Source: a virus (lineage: Duplodnaviria > Caudoviricetes). Taken from it: a stretch of 38,925 nucleotides of DNA. Under the pieces are notes generated by a model. That model did no database searches. It had not been told where the DNA came from and was given only the letters and a program-made list of their open reading frames with translations. Made by a program: the position numbers and the translations under genes. This document shows, in pieces, positions 8,203-16,750 of this stretch (within the stretch, counting starts at the first letter, position 1; each line of letters opens with the position of its first letter). The stretch covers positions 1 through 38,925 of IMG/VR virus record IMGVR_UViG_3300042988_000558. One strand, given 5' to 3'.

Positions 8203-9323
8203 CAGACGATGCGCCTCGCGCGCAGCGTGCCGAACGCCGTCAGTGTGCCGGCCGAGAAGAGGTCGATCACCACCAGGTGGATCGTCGTGGCCTCTGTGAT
8301 CACCAGCCGCGTCTCCGGGATGACCGTCGCGAATGACCCCGTGACCGTCGTGCCGAACGTGGCGAACTGCGTCACGGTTCCGGTCGTCCCGAGCCCAGAT
8401 CCGCCGCCGGCTGGGGCCACCGTATCGGCGGTGAGCGAGATGGATGCGGCATACCGCGTCGCCGTCACGCCGGTGAGATTGCGCTCGACCACGGCCGACA
8501 GGTCCCACTCGCCCGCCGGGAGTTCGAGCGTGCACACATCTTTGGCCGTGTTCGTCGTGATGCTGACGGCGCTGGCGAACGGCACATAGGTCGACAGGAA
8601 CTGCCCGTTGGCGTGCCAGTCAGGCACCAGGCGCGTGCCGCCATTGCGGTAGACGGCACCGTTGGTCGTGTCGATGCACAGCGCACCAGGTCGCGCGATG
8701 CCGATTCCTGTCCCAGCCCCGCCTGCCAGCGCAGTCGAAGCGATCGCAGTGACGACGCCAGATCCATCATCGCCGTCACCGGAGTCGGACGTCATGATGG
8801 CGACCGTCACCAGCTCGTTCGCCGCACCGTGCGCCTCGATGGCCGCCAGCACTTCCGCCGCCGTGCTCTCGATCGCGCCAGCTACGCCTGTCTTCAGGCT
8901 GACCCGAATGGCATTCCCTGCCACCGTCACAGCCAGTGCAGCGTCGTTTGCACCCGGATCGACGTAGGTCACAGTGATGGCGTTTCCGCCGGCGCCGTAC
9001 TGCCGCGCCGTGAACGTCAGTCCGTTGTCGTTGCCCGTGGGGTTGACGTTGATCGTGGCCTGCGTCGCATCTTCCGGCGCACCGTCAGACACCAGCAACA
9101 GGCCGCCGAGCGAAGCTCCGACGGTCGACGCTGCGGTCGAAGCAGTCGCATCGCCGCGCACGGAGAACGTCCGCGGCATGAGGTACGGCCCCCATGTGCG
9201 AGCCGAGCGGATCAGCGCCGACTCGCCGCTGTCTTCCGAGCACGCCACCGACACGACGCGAGCGCCGGTGGTCGGCGTGACCGTCAGGGCATATCCAGGC
9301 TCCAGCCTGTATGAAGTGGTCAT
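8202..9323 (-). CDS. Putative head decoration/structural protein with tail-sheath-like insertion domain
   Basis: 373 aa directly downstream of the capsid gene; LTFTARQYGAGGNAITVTYVDPGANDAALAVTVAGNAIRVSL...TALAGG segment. Confidence 0.55.
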   Translation of the reverse strand: MTTSYRLEPGYALTVTPTTGARVVSVACSEDSGESALIRSARTWGPYLMPRTFSVRGDATASTAASTVGASLGGLLLVSDGAPEDATQATINVNPTGNDNGLTFTARQYGAGGNAITVTYVDPGANDAALAVTVAGNAIRVSLKTGVAGAIESTAAEVLAAIEAHGAANELVTVAIMTSDSGDGDDGSGVVTAIASTALAGGAGTGIGIARPGALCIDTTNGAVYRNGGTRLVPDWHANGQFLSTYVPFASAVSITTNTAKDVCTLELPAGEWDLSAVVERNLTGVTATRYAASISLTADTVAPAGGGSGLGTTGTVTQFATFGTTVTGSFATVIPETRLVITEATTIHLVVIDLFSAGTLTAFGTLRARRIV

Positions 9324-9374
9324 GTCGTGTTCCTTGGGTGGTGAGGAGCAGGCCCGTTGCCGGGCCCGTCCCTA

Positions 9375-10538
9375 TTAGCCCAGCAGGATCGCGATGTGCT
9401 CCGGCTTCACGGCCTTGCTGCCCCACGCGATGCCGACTTCGTATGCCACGCGACGGCGCTGGCGATACATCGCGATCTGGAAGGCCAGCCCGGAAACCGG
9501 GTCTTGCACTTCGATCACGTCGTCGGCAGCGTCTCCGCCGGCCGGCATTGCAGGCGCGCGGGTGATCAGGTGGATCGCCGAGCGCGAGAACGCCAAGTTC
9601 GCGGTGTAGCTGTTGCCGATCGTCAGTTCGTTCGCATCGACGCCGGCAACCAGCAGCCCGGGGGCGCCGATCACGATGTCGCCGCTGGTCGCGGTAAGGC
9701 CAGTCTTCACAACGTACTTGTTCACCGAGTCGCCAGCATGCGTCACGATGTCGCCGGCCTTGAAGCCGGTGGAGTTGACCGTGCCGCCTTCCAGGGTCAG
9801 CGTGGTTTGACCGATGGCCTCTCCGCCACTGGCGAAATCGTAGCCGGTGCCGCCGCCCTTGGTGTGCGCCTTGATCTGCGCCGACTCGCGAACCATGAAG
9901 CCGTGGATGTCGAGCAGCACGCCGCGGCGCAGCAGATCGGACGAACCTTCGGCATCGACACCACGGCCGCCTTGCTTGCCGCGCAGGTTCGCGCCGGCGC
10001 CGGTGGAGACCACCAGCTGCAGGTCGCCCGTGGGGGCGCCGTTGTCGACGAGGATCTTGCGGACGTAGGCCCCATCGGTGTAGTCGCCAGCCGTACCGAA
10101 CGGCGTGGTGGCCGCGGTGCCATAGGCGCGCGAGGCGTAGACGTACAGGCCGGCCAGTTCCAGCTCGATCTTGTTGACCAGGGCACGCATGGCCTGCGTG
10201 AACTGATCCCGCAGGATCTGGTTGTAATACCCGGCGTTGTTCAGGCCGCGCTGTTCTTCGCCGTTCCACCAGAACGTCACGCTCTCGCTCGAAGAGATCG
10301 ACATCGTGTCCGAGCCGATGTCCGAGTCGGAAGGATCGGGGCCAGTCGCCGCCGACGTGATCGCCGCCGGCGTGTAGGCGGGCACGACCGGGAAGCGGAT
10401 CGTCTCGGCCAGTGCAGCTCGCGCAGCACTCGAGTTGCGCGTCACGGCCGGGATGAGCCCGGTCAGTTCGCGCGAGACGGTATCGGCCGCCGTTTCGATC
10501 GTCGGGATCAGGTTGGTCAGTGTATTTGCGGTGCCCAT
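9375..10538 (-). CDS. Major capsid protein (P22-coat-like, HK97 fold)
   Basis: 387 aa after the scaffold gene; ANTLTNLIP...VSRELTGLIPAV N-terminus and WGSKAVKPEHIAILLG C-terminus. Confidence 0.9.
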   Translation of the reverse strand: MGTANTLTNLIPTIETAADTVSRELTGLIPAVTRNSSAARAALAETIRFPVVPAYTPAAITSAATGPDPSDSDIGSDTMSISSSESVTFWWNGEEQRGLNNAGYYNQILRDQFTQAMRALVNKIELELAGLYVYASRAYGTAATTPFGTAGDYTDGAYVRKILVDNGAPTGDLQLVVSTGAGANLRGKQGGRGVDAEGSSDLLRRGVLLDIHGFMVRESAQIKAHTKGGGTGYDFASGGEAIGQTTLTLEGGTVNSTGFKAGDIVTHAGDSVNKYVVKTGLTATSGDIVIGAPGLLVAGVDANELTIGNSYTANLAFSRSAIHLITRAPAMPAGGDAADDVIEVQDPVSGLAFQIAMYRQRRRVAYEVGIAWGSKAVKPEHIAILLG

Positions 10539-10562
10539 ATATTCCTCAGCAGTGGATAGGTG

Positions 10563-11240
10563 TCAGTCGACCATGGAGACCGTTTTCCAGTCGATCGCCG
10601 CTTTCTGTTCCAGCGTCATCGAGTCGTACTGGGTACGTGTCAACGTCTTCGCGCCGCCGCTGCCTCCAGCATTGGACTGACGCACCCCGGCACCTCCAGT
10701 GCCTTGAGGCTTGAGCAGCTCGGGCCGCGTCTTGGCGATCCCGGCGACTCCGTCCTTGACGGGAATCAGCTTCCCGTCGTCGGACTTGAACAGCAGATCG
10801 TCGCCTTCCCAGGCCAGCCGCTGGCTGACGTAGGTCTCGACGATGTCGCGGGCAACGAAGTCATGCCCGCCGAGCGCTTCCGCGATGGCCGCCTTCTGCA
10901 GGCTGCCGCGATATTTCCCGCTTGCCTCTTCTGCCGTCTTCTTGGCCTCGTCGCGCTCTCGCTCGGCGCGCTTGATGCGCGCGTCGAGCTGCTTCGCAGC
11001 GTCGGCCATGCCCTTCACGTCTGGCAGGGCTTCCAGCTCTTCAGCCGACGACAGGCCAAGCTTTTCCAACAGCGCGGCCTGCTGCGCTTCGAGCGCATCG
11101 ACCTTGCCCTTGAGGCTCTTTCTGCCGGTGATCGACTCGTTGCGGGCAGTGTCGCGCTGCCCGATGAGGTCGGTCACATAGCCGTGCAACTGGGCGAACT
11201 TCTCGTCCCCCAGGGCTTCCTTGAGCGTGTTGATGTCCAT
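10563..11240 (-). CDS. Capsid scaffolding protein
   Basis: 225 aa, charged coiled coil, Gly-rich linker and C-terminal TLTRTQYDSMTLEQK helix; upstream of the capsid gene. Confidence 0.8.
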   Translation of the reverse strand: MDINTLKEALGDEKFAQLHGYVTDLIGQRDTARNESITGRKSLKGKVDALEAQQAALLEKLGLSSAEELEALPDVKGMADAAKQLDARIKRAERERDEAKKTAEEASGKYRGSLQKAAIAEALGGHDFVARDIVETYVSQRLAWEGDDLLFKSDDGKLIPVKDGVAGIAKTRPELLKPQGTGGAGVRQSNAGGSGGAKTLTRTQYDSMTLEQKAAIDWKTVSMVD

Positions 11241-11287
11241 CGTTGGCGTCGCGCCGTAGTGGTTGCGGTTCGCAGGCTAAGACCGGG

Positions 11288-11308
11288 CTGTTGCATCTTT
11301 TGCAACAG
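11288..11308. promoter_or_regulatory. Palindromic site in the divergent late promoter region
   Basis: CTGTTGCA-TCTTT-TGCAACAG, a perfect 8-bp inverted repeat between the divergent scaffold and portal genes. Confidence 0.6.
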
Positions 11309-11349
11309 GTGCGGAACAAACTGTCTTTGTAGGGCGACCACCGGACCGA

Positions 11350-12789
11350 ATGCCAAACACTGCTGCCAGCCGCTTTCAATTCATCGCCCACGCGCTGCGC
11401 GGCGATGGCCCGTTCGCGCCCACGGTCTCGCGCGACGTGAACGGCGGGGCGGCGCTGTCGAGCGCCAGCTACCTGGTCGCCTACCCGCGTGAGAGCGACG
11501 CGAAGTTCGCGCGCCGCAACGAGGTGGCCTTCTACGCCTCGCCGCTGGCGCGGGCCTGCAGCCGATTCGTCGGCTACATGAGCATGCGCCCGCCCGTGCG
11601 CGAGCTGCCCAACGAGCTGTATTTGGCCATCGCAGACGACACCGACGGCCGCGGCAACGCGATCGACGTGTTTACGCGCCAGTTCAGCGTGCAGGCCAAG
11701 GCGCGCGGCAGCATGCTGCTGCTGGTCGACATGCCGAACGCGCTGGCCAGCAGCCTGGCCGAGCAGTTGCGCACGCGCACGGTGCCCTACTGGACCATGA
11801 TCGCGCCCGAGATCGTCAGCGATTACCAGATCGGCGACGACGGCAAGTTCGACTGGGTCGAGTTCGCCGGAAACTACACCACCGAAGGCGGAAAGCGCGT
11901 GCCGTGCATCTGGCACTTCGACCGCCAGGCGTGGTCGGCCTCCGACGACAAGGGCAACGAGCTGGCCGGCGCAGACCACCCGCTGGGAGAGTGCCCCGTG
12001 CTGATCTTCACCGAGGGCGGCGAATTCCCAAGCTTCGGCCCGTTCTCTGCCATCGCCGATCTGTCGCGCCGCCTGTTCAACCTGGACAGCGAACTGGACG
12101 AGATCCTGCGGGCGCAGACGTTCTCGCTGCTGACCATGCAGGTGCCGGACGGCAGCACCGACGCGCAGAAGCTCAGCGCGGCGCAGGTGGCCGGCGAGAC
12201 CATCGGCACCTCTAACCTGATGGTTCACAGCGGCAGCACGCCGGCCTTCATTGCGCCGCCGGACGGCCCGGCTCGCGTGTACCTGGATCGCATCAAGGAC
12301 ATTCGCGAGCAGATCGACGAGATCGGGCTGAACGTGGCCACGGTGAACCAGCAGGAAAGCGGCATCGCCATGACGATGCGCTTCCAGTCGATCAACGGCG
12401 AGTTGTCGGCGTTCGCTTCGAGCATGGAAGACCTGGAGCGCCGGGCCTGGGAACTCAGCCGGCGCTGGCTGACGCTGACGCAGTCGCCCACCATCCGCTG
12501 GTCGCGTGATTACAACCTGGCCGACGTGCAGATCGAGCTGGGCATCCTGGCCGAGATGCAGTCCACGGCCATGCCGCAGGAGGTGATCGTCGAGCAACAG
12601 CACCGCATCACGTCGGTGCAGTTCGCCGGCCTGGACGTGGAACGTCAGGACGAACTGGCCGCGGCGATCGACGAACAGCTGCTTGAACCCGACATGCCTG
12701 CCAACGTGGTGCCGCTGCGGCCCGACCCAAATGCCGAGCTGCGCGCCGCCGTCGTCAAGACCCTCGGGGCGGCCAGTGGCAGCGCGTGA
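11350..12789 (+). CDS. Portal protein
   Basis: 479 aa; YLVAYPRESDAKFARR N-terminus and QESGIAMTMRFQSINGELSAFASSMEDLE motif; size and context fit. Confidence 0.85.
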   Translation: MPNTAASRFQFIAHALRGDGPFAPTVSRDVNGGAALSSASYLVAYPRESDAKFARRNEVAFYASPLARACSRFVGYMSMRPPVRELPNELYLAIADDTDGRGNAIDVFTRQFSVQAKARGSMLLLVDMPNALASSLAEQLRTRTVPYWTMIAPEIVSDYQIGDDGKFDWVEFAGNYTTEGGKRVPCIWHFDRQAWSASDDKGNELAGADHPLGECPVLIFTEGGEFPSFGPFSAIADLSRRLFNLDSELDEILRAQTFSLLTMQVPDGSTDAQKLSAAQVAGETIGTSNLMVHSGSTPAFIAPPDGPARVYLDRIKDIREQIDEIGLNVATVNQQESGIAMTMRFQSINGELSAFASSMEDLERRAWELSRRWLTLTQSPTIRWSRDYNLADVQIELGILAEMQSTAMPQEVIVEQQHRITSVQFAGLDVERQDELAAAIDEQLLEPDMPANVVPLRPDPNAELRAAVVKTLGAASGSA

Positions 12790-13342
12790 CGACACCGACG
12801 CGCTGATCGCCGCCGCGCTGGCGGCCAAGGCGCTGCAGACGGCGCAGGAAGCCATGCGCCGCGCGGCGGTGCCTGGGCCTGCCGGCCCGCCTGGTGCGGA
12901 TGGCGTCGACGGCAAGAACGGAGCCGCCGGCCCGAAGGGCGACCCAGGTCCGCCAGGTGTCGATGGCGCACAAGGACCGCAAGGCGAGCGCGGCGAAGCC
13001 GGCCCCCGCGGTCTGCAGGGCTACCAAGGACCAGCCGGCGACGATGGCGCCACCGGGCCAGCTGGGCCGCCAGGCGCGCAAGGTGAAGCCGGGCTGCAGG
13101 GTGAGCCAGGCCCAGCGGGGCCGCGCGGCCGGCAAGGGCTGCAGGGCGAGCCTGGACGCGACGCCATGACGCTGGCGCCGTCGCGAGCCGTGTTCGAGCG
13201 CGACCCGCGCACGCGCGTAACGCTTCGCCTGGTCGTGCCATCCGCCGACGGCGCCGGCGGCTTGCAGGCGGTTCCCGTGCGCGGTCCTGATGGGCTGATG
13301 GTGGCTGCCGAGATCAGCCTCATCGCCGCCGAAGCTGCATAG
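12776..13342 (+). CDS. Collagen-like triple-helix protein
   Basis: 32 consecutive Gly-X-Y triplets (GPA GPP GAD ... GEP GRD); GTG start overlaps the portal end. Confidence 0.85.
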   Translation: MAARDDTDALIAAALAAKALQTAQEAMRRAAVPGPAGPPGADGVDGKNGAAGPKGDPGPPGVDGAQGPQGERGEAGPRGLQGYQGPAGDDGATGPAGPPGAQGEAGLQGEPGPAGPRGRQGLQGEPGRDAMTLAPSRAVFERDPRTRVTLRLVVPSADGAGGLQAVPVRGPDGLMVAAEISLIAAEAA

Positions 13343-13347
13343 CTGAG

Positions 13348-13614
13348 ATGGACCACCGTGACATCGAAGAGCGGCTATCGGTGCTTGAACAGCACGCCGT
13401 GCTGCGCGAGGAACTGCCGGCTGAGATCGAGCGCGTGGCATACCGACTGCGCGACGACTCCGACTTTTCGCATCCGTACTGGCAGAAAGGCCTGGAAGTG
13501 ATGACCGATCACGGTCTCACGAAGATGGGCCGCAAGGCGCTGATCTACGTTGTCGGCGCATGCGCTGCGGCATTTTTGCTCTGGCTCGGCTCACTCGGAA
13601 TCTTCTTCAAATGA
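13348..13614 (+). CDS. Small membrane protein, possible holin
   Basis: 88 aa with a single C-terminal TM segment (ALIYVVGACAAAFLLWLGSLGIFF), upstream of the endolysin. Confidence 0.5.
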   Translation: MDHRDIEERLSVLEQHAVLREELPAEIERVAYRLRDDSDFSHPYWQKGLEVMTDHGLTKMGRKALIYVVGACAAAFLLWLGSLGIFFK

Positions 13615-14072
13615 ACGCCGTCGTGCGGAAGCGAATCACTGACGTTGTGTGGATGACGCTCGGAGCCATCTCCATGCTGGTCCTCGCTCCGATCGTCCTT
13701 GAGTCATGGAACTGGCTTCAGGAGTGGTACGACAAAGCCAACCCGCCGGCCACCGCCTCGCTTGTGTCGCATGAGATGGCCAACCCGACCACGCTGCGCC
13801 TGCGGTTCCTTGTGAGGCGCAGCGCCAGAGAGTGCGAGTTCGTGCGCTTGAATGGCTATACCGGAGCAGACACGCGGCAGATGCAGATTGCCACCACGCT
13901 GCGGCGCGAGGATGGGCTGGACCCGGCCAGCTACCCGGCTGGCGTGACGGTGACAAGCCAGCCGTGGGTGTTGTCCCCCGTGTACGGCACGCGGATTCTT
14001 CTCGTCGGGCACTACGACTGCAGCGGGCGCTTAGTGCGCGCACGGCTGATTGATGAGGATCTGTCGCAGTGA
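13611..14072 (+). CDS. Membrane-anchored protein with putative periplasmic domain (lysis cassette)
   Basis: 153 aa from an ATGA overlap; N-terminal TM segment and two Cys in the soluble domain. Confidence 0.6.
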   Translation: MNAVVRKRITDVVWMTLGAISMLVLAPIVLESWNWLQEWYDKANPPATASLVSHEMANPTTLRLRFLVRRSARECEFVRLNGYTGADTRQMQIATTLRREDGLDPASYPAGVTVTSQPWVLSPVYGTRILLVGHYDCSGRLVRARLIDEDLSQ

Positions 14073-14323
14073 CCGACGACCTCTACAGCACGCGCTTGCG
14101 CTTCAACGGCCGCAGCGGCATCGCCAAGCTGCACGGCCTGTGCATCGCGCTCGACGCCGGCCCTGACCTGGGCAGCGGCCCCGTGTGGTTCGTCGACTAC
14201 CGGCCCGAGGTCGGCCTGGCGCTGGTGCAGCCGCGGGCCATCGAACCGGTGCGCGACATGACGCTGCACGAACGGCGCGCTGCGGATGAGCTGCTGCGCG
14301 CGGTGGTAGGGGCTGCGGTGTGA
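14069..14323 (+). CDS. Hypothetical protein
   Basis: 84 aa with GTGA overlaps on both sides. Confidence 0.6.
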   Translation: MTDDLYSTRLRFNGRSGIAKLHGLCIALDAGPDLGSGPVWFVDYRPEVGLALVQPRAIEPVRDMTLHERRAADELLRAVVGAAV

Positions 14324-15510
14324 AGATCACCCCCGGCCTGCTGATCGCCGCTGTCGGCTGCACCGCGGATCGTGCGGTGCTGTTCGCGCCGCTGCTCGAC
14401 GAGGCGTGCAGGGCGTACGGCATCGACACGCCGGCGCGGCTTGCGGCCTTCCTGGCGCAGGTCGGGCACGAGTCGGGCAGCTTCCGCTACACCGCCGAGG
14501 TGTGGGGTCCGACGCCGCAGCAGGAGCGCTACGAGGGTCGGCAGGACCTGGGCAACACCCAGGCCGGTGATGGTCGCAAATTCGCGGGCCATGGCCTGAT
14601 CCAGACCACTGGGCGTTTCAATCACCGCGCGGTGCGCGATAGGTTGCGTCAACGAGGCCACGACGCTCCCGACTTCGAAGCCGCCCCGCAGCTGCTGGCC
14701 GAGCCGCGTTGGGCCGCGTGGTCGGCGTGCGACTACTGGGACTGGAAGGACTGCAACACGCTTGCCGACGCCGGCAGCTTCGAGGCCCTAACGCGCAAGA
14801 TCAACGGAGGCCTGAACGGCCTGGCCGATCGCATCGAACGGTGGGAGAAGGCCAAGTCCGCGCTAGCCAGCGAGGTCGGCCAGCCGGCGCCGGCGCCCGT
14901 ATCGCAACCCGCGCCCACGCCGGCCCCGCAACCAAGTGACATCTACGGCCAGGAGCACAGCATGCCCATCCCCATCGCAGGCATCGCGGCGGCGTTGCTG
15001 CCGACACTGATCGAGTCGATCCCCAAGCTGGGCAAGATCTTCGGCTCGGGCTCGGAGGTCAGCGAGCGCAACCAGGCCGCCATCGGCACGGTGCTGGAAA
15101 TCGTGCAGACCGCAACCAAGTCGGTCAACGCCCAGGCCGCCGTCGAGGCCGTGAAGGACAACCCGGTGGCCAGGCAGGCGGCCGAGCAGGCGCTGGAGTC
15201 GCGCTGGTTCGAGCTGGTCGAAAGCGGAGGCGGTGGCATTGCCGGCGCCCGCGAGGCCAACGCGGCCTACGCTGCGCCCGGCGGTTTGCAGTTCTGGCTG
15301 AACCCTGCATTCTGGGTCAGTTGCATGCTGCTGATGATGGTGATGATGCTTCTGGTGGACGTGTTCTACGTCCACCCTGAAGCCTACATCGACGGCCTGC
15401 GAACACAGATTGTGACCGCGCTGTTGCTCATCATCGGGATGGTTGGCGGCTATTGGATTGGAACTAGCCATAGCAGCGCGCGCAAGACCGAACTAGGGGT
15501 CGGACGGTGA
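14320..15510 (+). CDS. GH19 (chitinase-like) endolysin fused in frame to a holin-like membrane domain
   Basis: RLAAFLAQVGHESGSFRYTAE...GHGLIQTTGRFN...LTRKINGGLNGLADR GH19 motifs; Pro-rich linker; C-terminal TM helices ending YWIGTSHSSARK. Confidence 0.9.
   Translation: MKITPGLLIAAVGCTADRAVLFAPLLDEACRAYGIDTPARLAAFLAQVGHESGSFRYTAEVWGPTPQQERYEGRQDLGNTQAGDGRKFAGHGLIQTTGRFNHRAVRDRLRQRGHDAPDFEAAPQLLAEPRWAAWSACDYWDWKDCNTLADAGSFEALTRKINGGLNGLADRIERWEKAKSALASEVGQPAPAPVSQPAPTPAPQPSDIYGQEHSMPIPIAGIAAALLPTLIESIPKLGKIFGSGSEVSERNQAAIGTVLEIVQTATKSVNAQAAVEAVKDNPVARQAAEQALESRWFELVESGGGGIAGAREANAAYAAPGGLQFWLNPAFWVSCMLLMMVMMLLVDVFYVHPEAYIDGLRTQIVTALLLIIGMVGGYWIGTSHSSARKTELGVGR
14962..15510 (+). CDS. Nested holin-like protein from an internal start
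   Basis: AGGAG at 14951-14955 precedes in-frame ATG 14962 (MPIPIAGIAAALLP...); 182 aa with hydrophobic helices. Confidence 0.6.
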   Translation: MPIPIAGIAAALLPTLIESIPKLGKIFGSGSEVSERNQAAIGTVLEIVQTATKSVNAQAAVEAVKDNPVARQAAEQALESRWFELVESGGGGIAGAREANAAYAAPGGLQFWLNPAFWVSCMLLMMVMMLLVDVFYVHPEAYIDGLRTQIVTALLLIIGMVGGYWIGTSHSSARKTELGVGR

Positions 15511-15701
15511 AGGCGCCGCGCCGAACTGCAAGGTACGAAGTGTTCAAGGACGCGCAGAACGAATTTCGCTGGCGCCTTGTGGCTTCGAGCGGCGAGATCG
15601 TGGCCGCCAGCGAAGCGTACAGCCGCAGGCGAGACGCCAAGCGCGGCATCGCTGCGCATCAGCGCGCGGCGGCGACCACCACTGTCGTCGTCCTGGACTG
15701 A
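15507..15701 (+). CDS. YegP/DUF1508-family protein
   Basis: YEVFKDAQNEFRWRLVASSGEIVAASEAYSRRRDAKRGI motif. Confidence 0.85.
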   Translation: MKAPRRTARYEVFKDAQNEFRWRLVASSGEIVAASEAYSRRRDAKRGIAAHQRAAATTTVVVLD

Positions 15702-15703
15702 CC

Positions 15704-15997
15704 ATGGCCCTCTTCGCCGTTGACGTTTTCCACCACCTTCCCGTCCCGCCGGAGCTTCCGGCTTCACTCACTGAAAGGCTCGATTCCATCATGACCACCC
15801 AAGCTGAACTCGCCGTCCAGATCACCGAACTGACGGCCCAGAACGACAAGGCCCGCGCCGAAGTCTTGGCGAAGATCGCCGACCTGCAGACCGCCCTGGA
15901 CGCTGCCGCCGCGGTGGACCCCGCGGTGCTCGAAGCGTTCGCCGCGCTGAAAGCCAGCGTGCAGACCGACGACGACATTGTGGCCGACCCGGTCTGA
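15704..15997 (+). CDS. Hypothetical coiled-coil protein
   Basis: 97 aa, acidic and heptad-rich. Confidence 0.6.
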   Translation: MALFAVDVFHHLPVPPELPASLTERLDSIMTTQAELAVQITELTAQNDKARAEVLAKIADLQTALDAAAAVDPAVLEAFAALKASVQTDDDIVADPV

Positions 15998-16049
15998 ACC
16001 TGCGAGCCGGCCAGGCTGGCTCTGAACCACACCAACACAGGAGCCCATC

Positions 16050-16541
16050 ATGGCCGCATCAATCGCCTTCCGACTTTCTGGAGGCTCTGGCAACACCGAC
16101 CCCGCTGCATCGCTCGGCGGCGTCATGTCATCGACTGCTGTCGGGACGAACACCCTGTTCGACACCGTGAGCGCCGCCGAGGCGCTGGCCGGCGACACCG
16201 AATATAGGTGCTTCTTCATCTACAACGACGGGGACAAAAGCCTGACGAACGTCCGGCTCTGGATCAGCGATGAGCCGGCGACCGGCACCTACGCGCTGGC
16301 GCTGGACGGCAACGGCAAGAACGCCGATGCCGAGGTCGAGAGCGACGAGAGCACCGCGCCGACCGGCGAGACTTTCGACGACACGCTGAACCCGATCGGC
16401 AATGCCATCACCGTCCCAGACTTGGCGGCCGGCGACAGGCATGCGGTCTGGGCGCGGCGCGTCATCGGCGCCTCGACGGCCGGCGTGGCGCTGGCGTCGA
16501 ACGCCGCGGAGTTTCGGGTGGACTACGAGTACATCCCGTAA
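16050..16541 (+). CDS. Putative virion structural protein
   Basis: AGGAG RBS; 163 aa, LSGGSGNTDPAASLGG...LFDTVSAAEALAGDTEYRCFFIYN, beta-rich. Confidence 0.65.
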   Translation: MAASIAFRLSGGSGNTDPAASLGGVMSSTAVGTNTLFDTVSAAEALAGDTEYRCFFIYNDGDKSLTNVRLWISDEPATGTYALALDGNGKNADAEVESDESTAPTGETFDDTLNPIGNAITVPDLAAGDRHAVWARRVIGASTAGVALASNAAEFRVDYEYIP

Positions 16542-16747
16542 TGACCGACCCCCTTGTCATCGTCGGTGCTGACGGTCACGCCTACGTGAGCGTGGCCGAA
16601 CACGAGCGGCAGCGGAGCAAGAAGGAAATCTTCAAGCGCTGCCTCGTTGACATCGCGCACCGCATGAATCAAATGGCCGACGAAATCGAGCAACTGCAGG
16701 CCGAGCCGTGGACTGATGCCACGGCGCCTGCGCCACTTGGAGATTGA
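16541..16747 (+). CDS. Hypothetical protein
   Basis: 68 aa, TAATG overlap with the upstream gene. Confidence 0.55.
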   Translation: MTDPLVIVGADGHAYVSVAEHERQRSKKEIFKRCLVDIAHRMNQMADEIEQLQAEPWTDATAPAPLGD

Positions 16748-16750
16748 CAC

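Noticed and set aside
11288-11308. LexA (SOS) box
   Set aside because: Spacing is CTGT-N13-ACAG rather than CTGT-N8-ACAG
14320-14365. Lipoprotein signal peptide (LLIAAVGC) on the endolysin
   Set aside because: Hydrophobic stretch is short, the lipobox is weak, and the segment resembles the ordinary first helix of phage GH19 lysins
16004-16022. Intrinsic terminator after the lysis cassette
   Set aside because: A GC hairpin is present but no U-tract follows; it could be a processing or stability hairpin but is not supportable as a terminator
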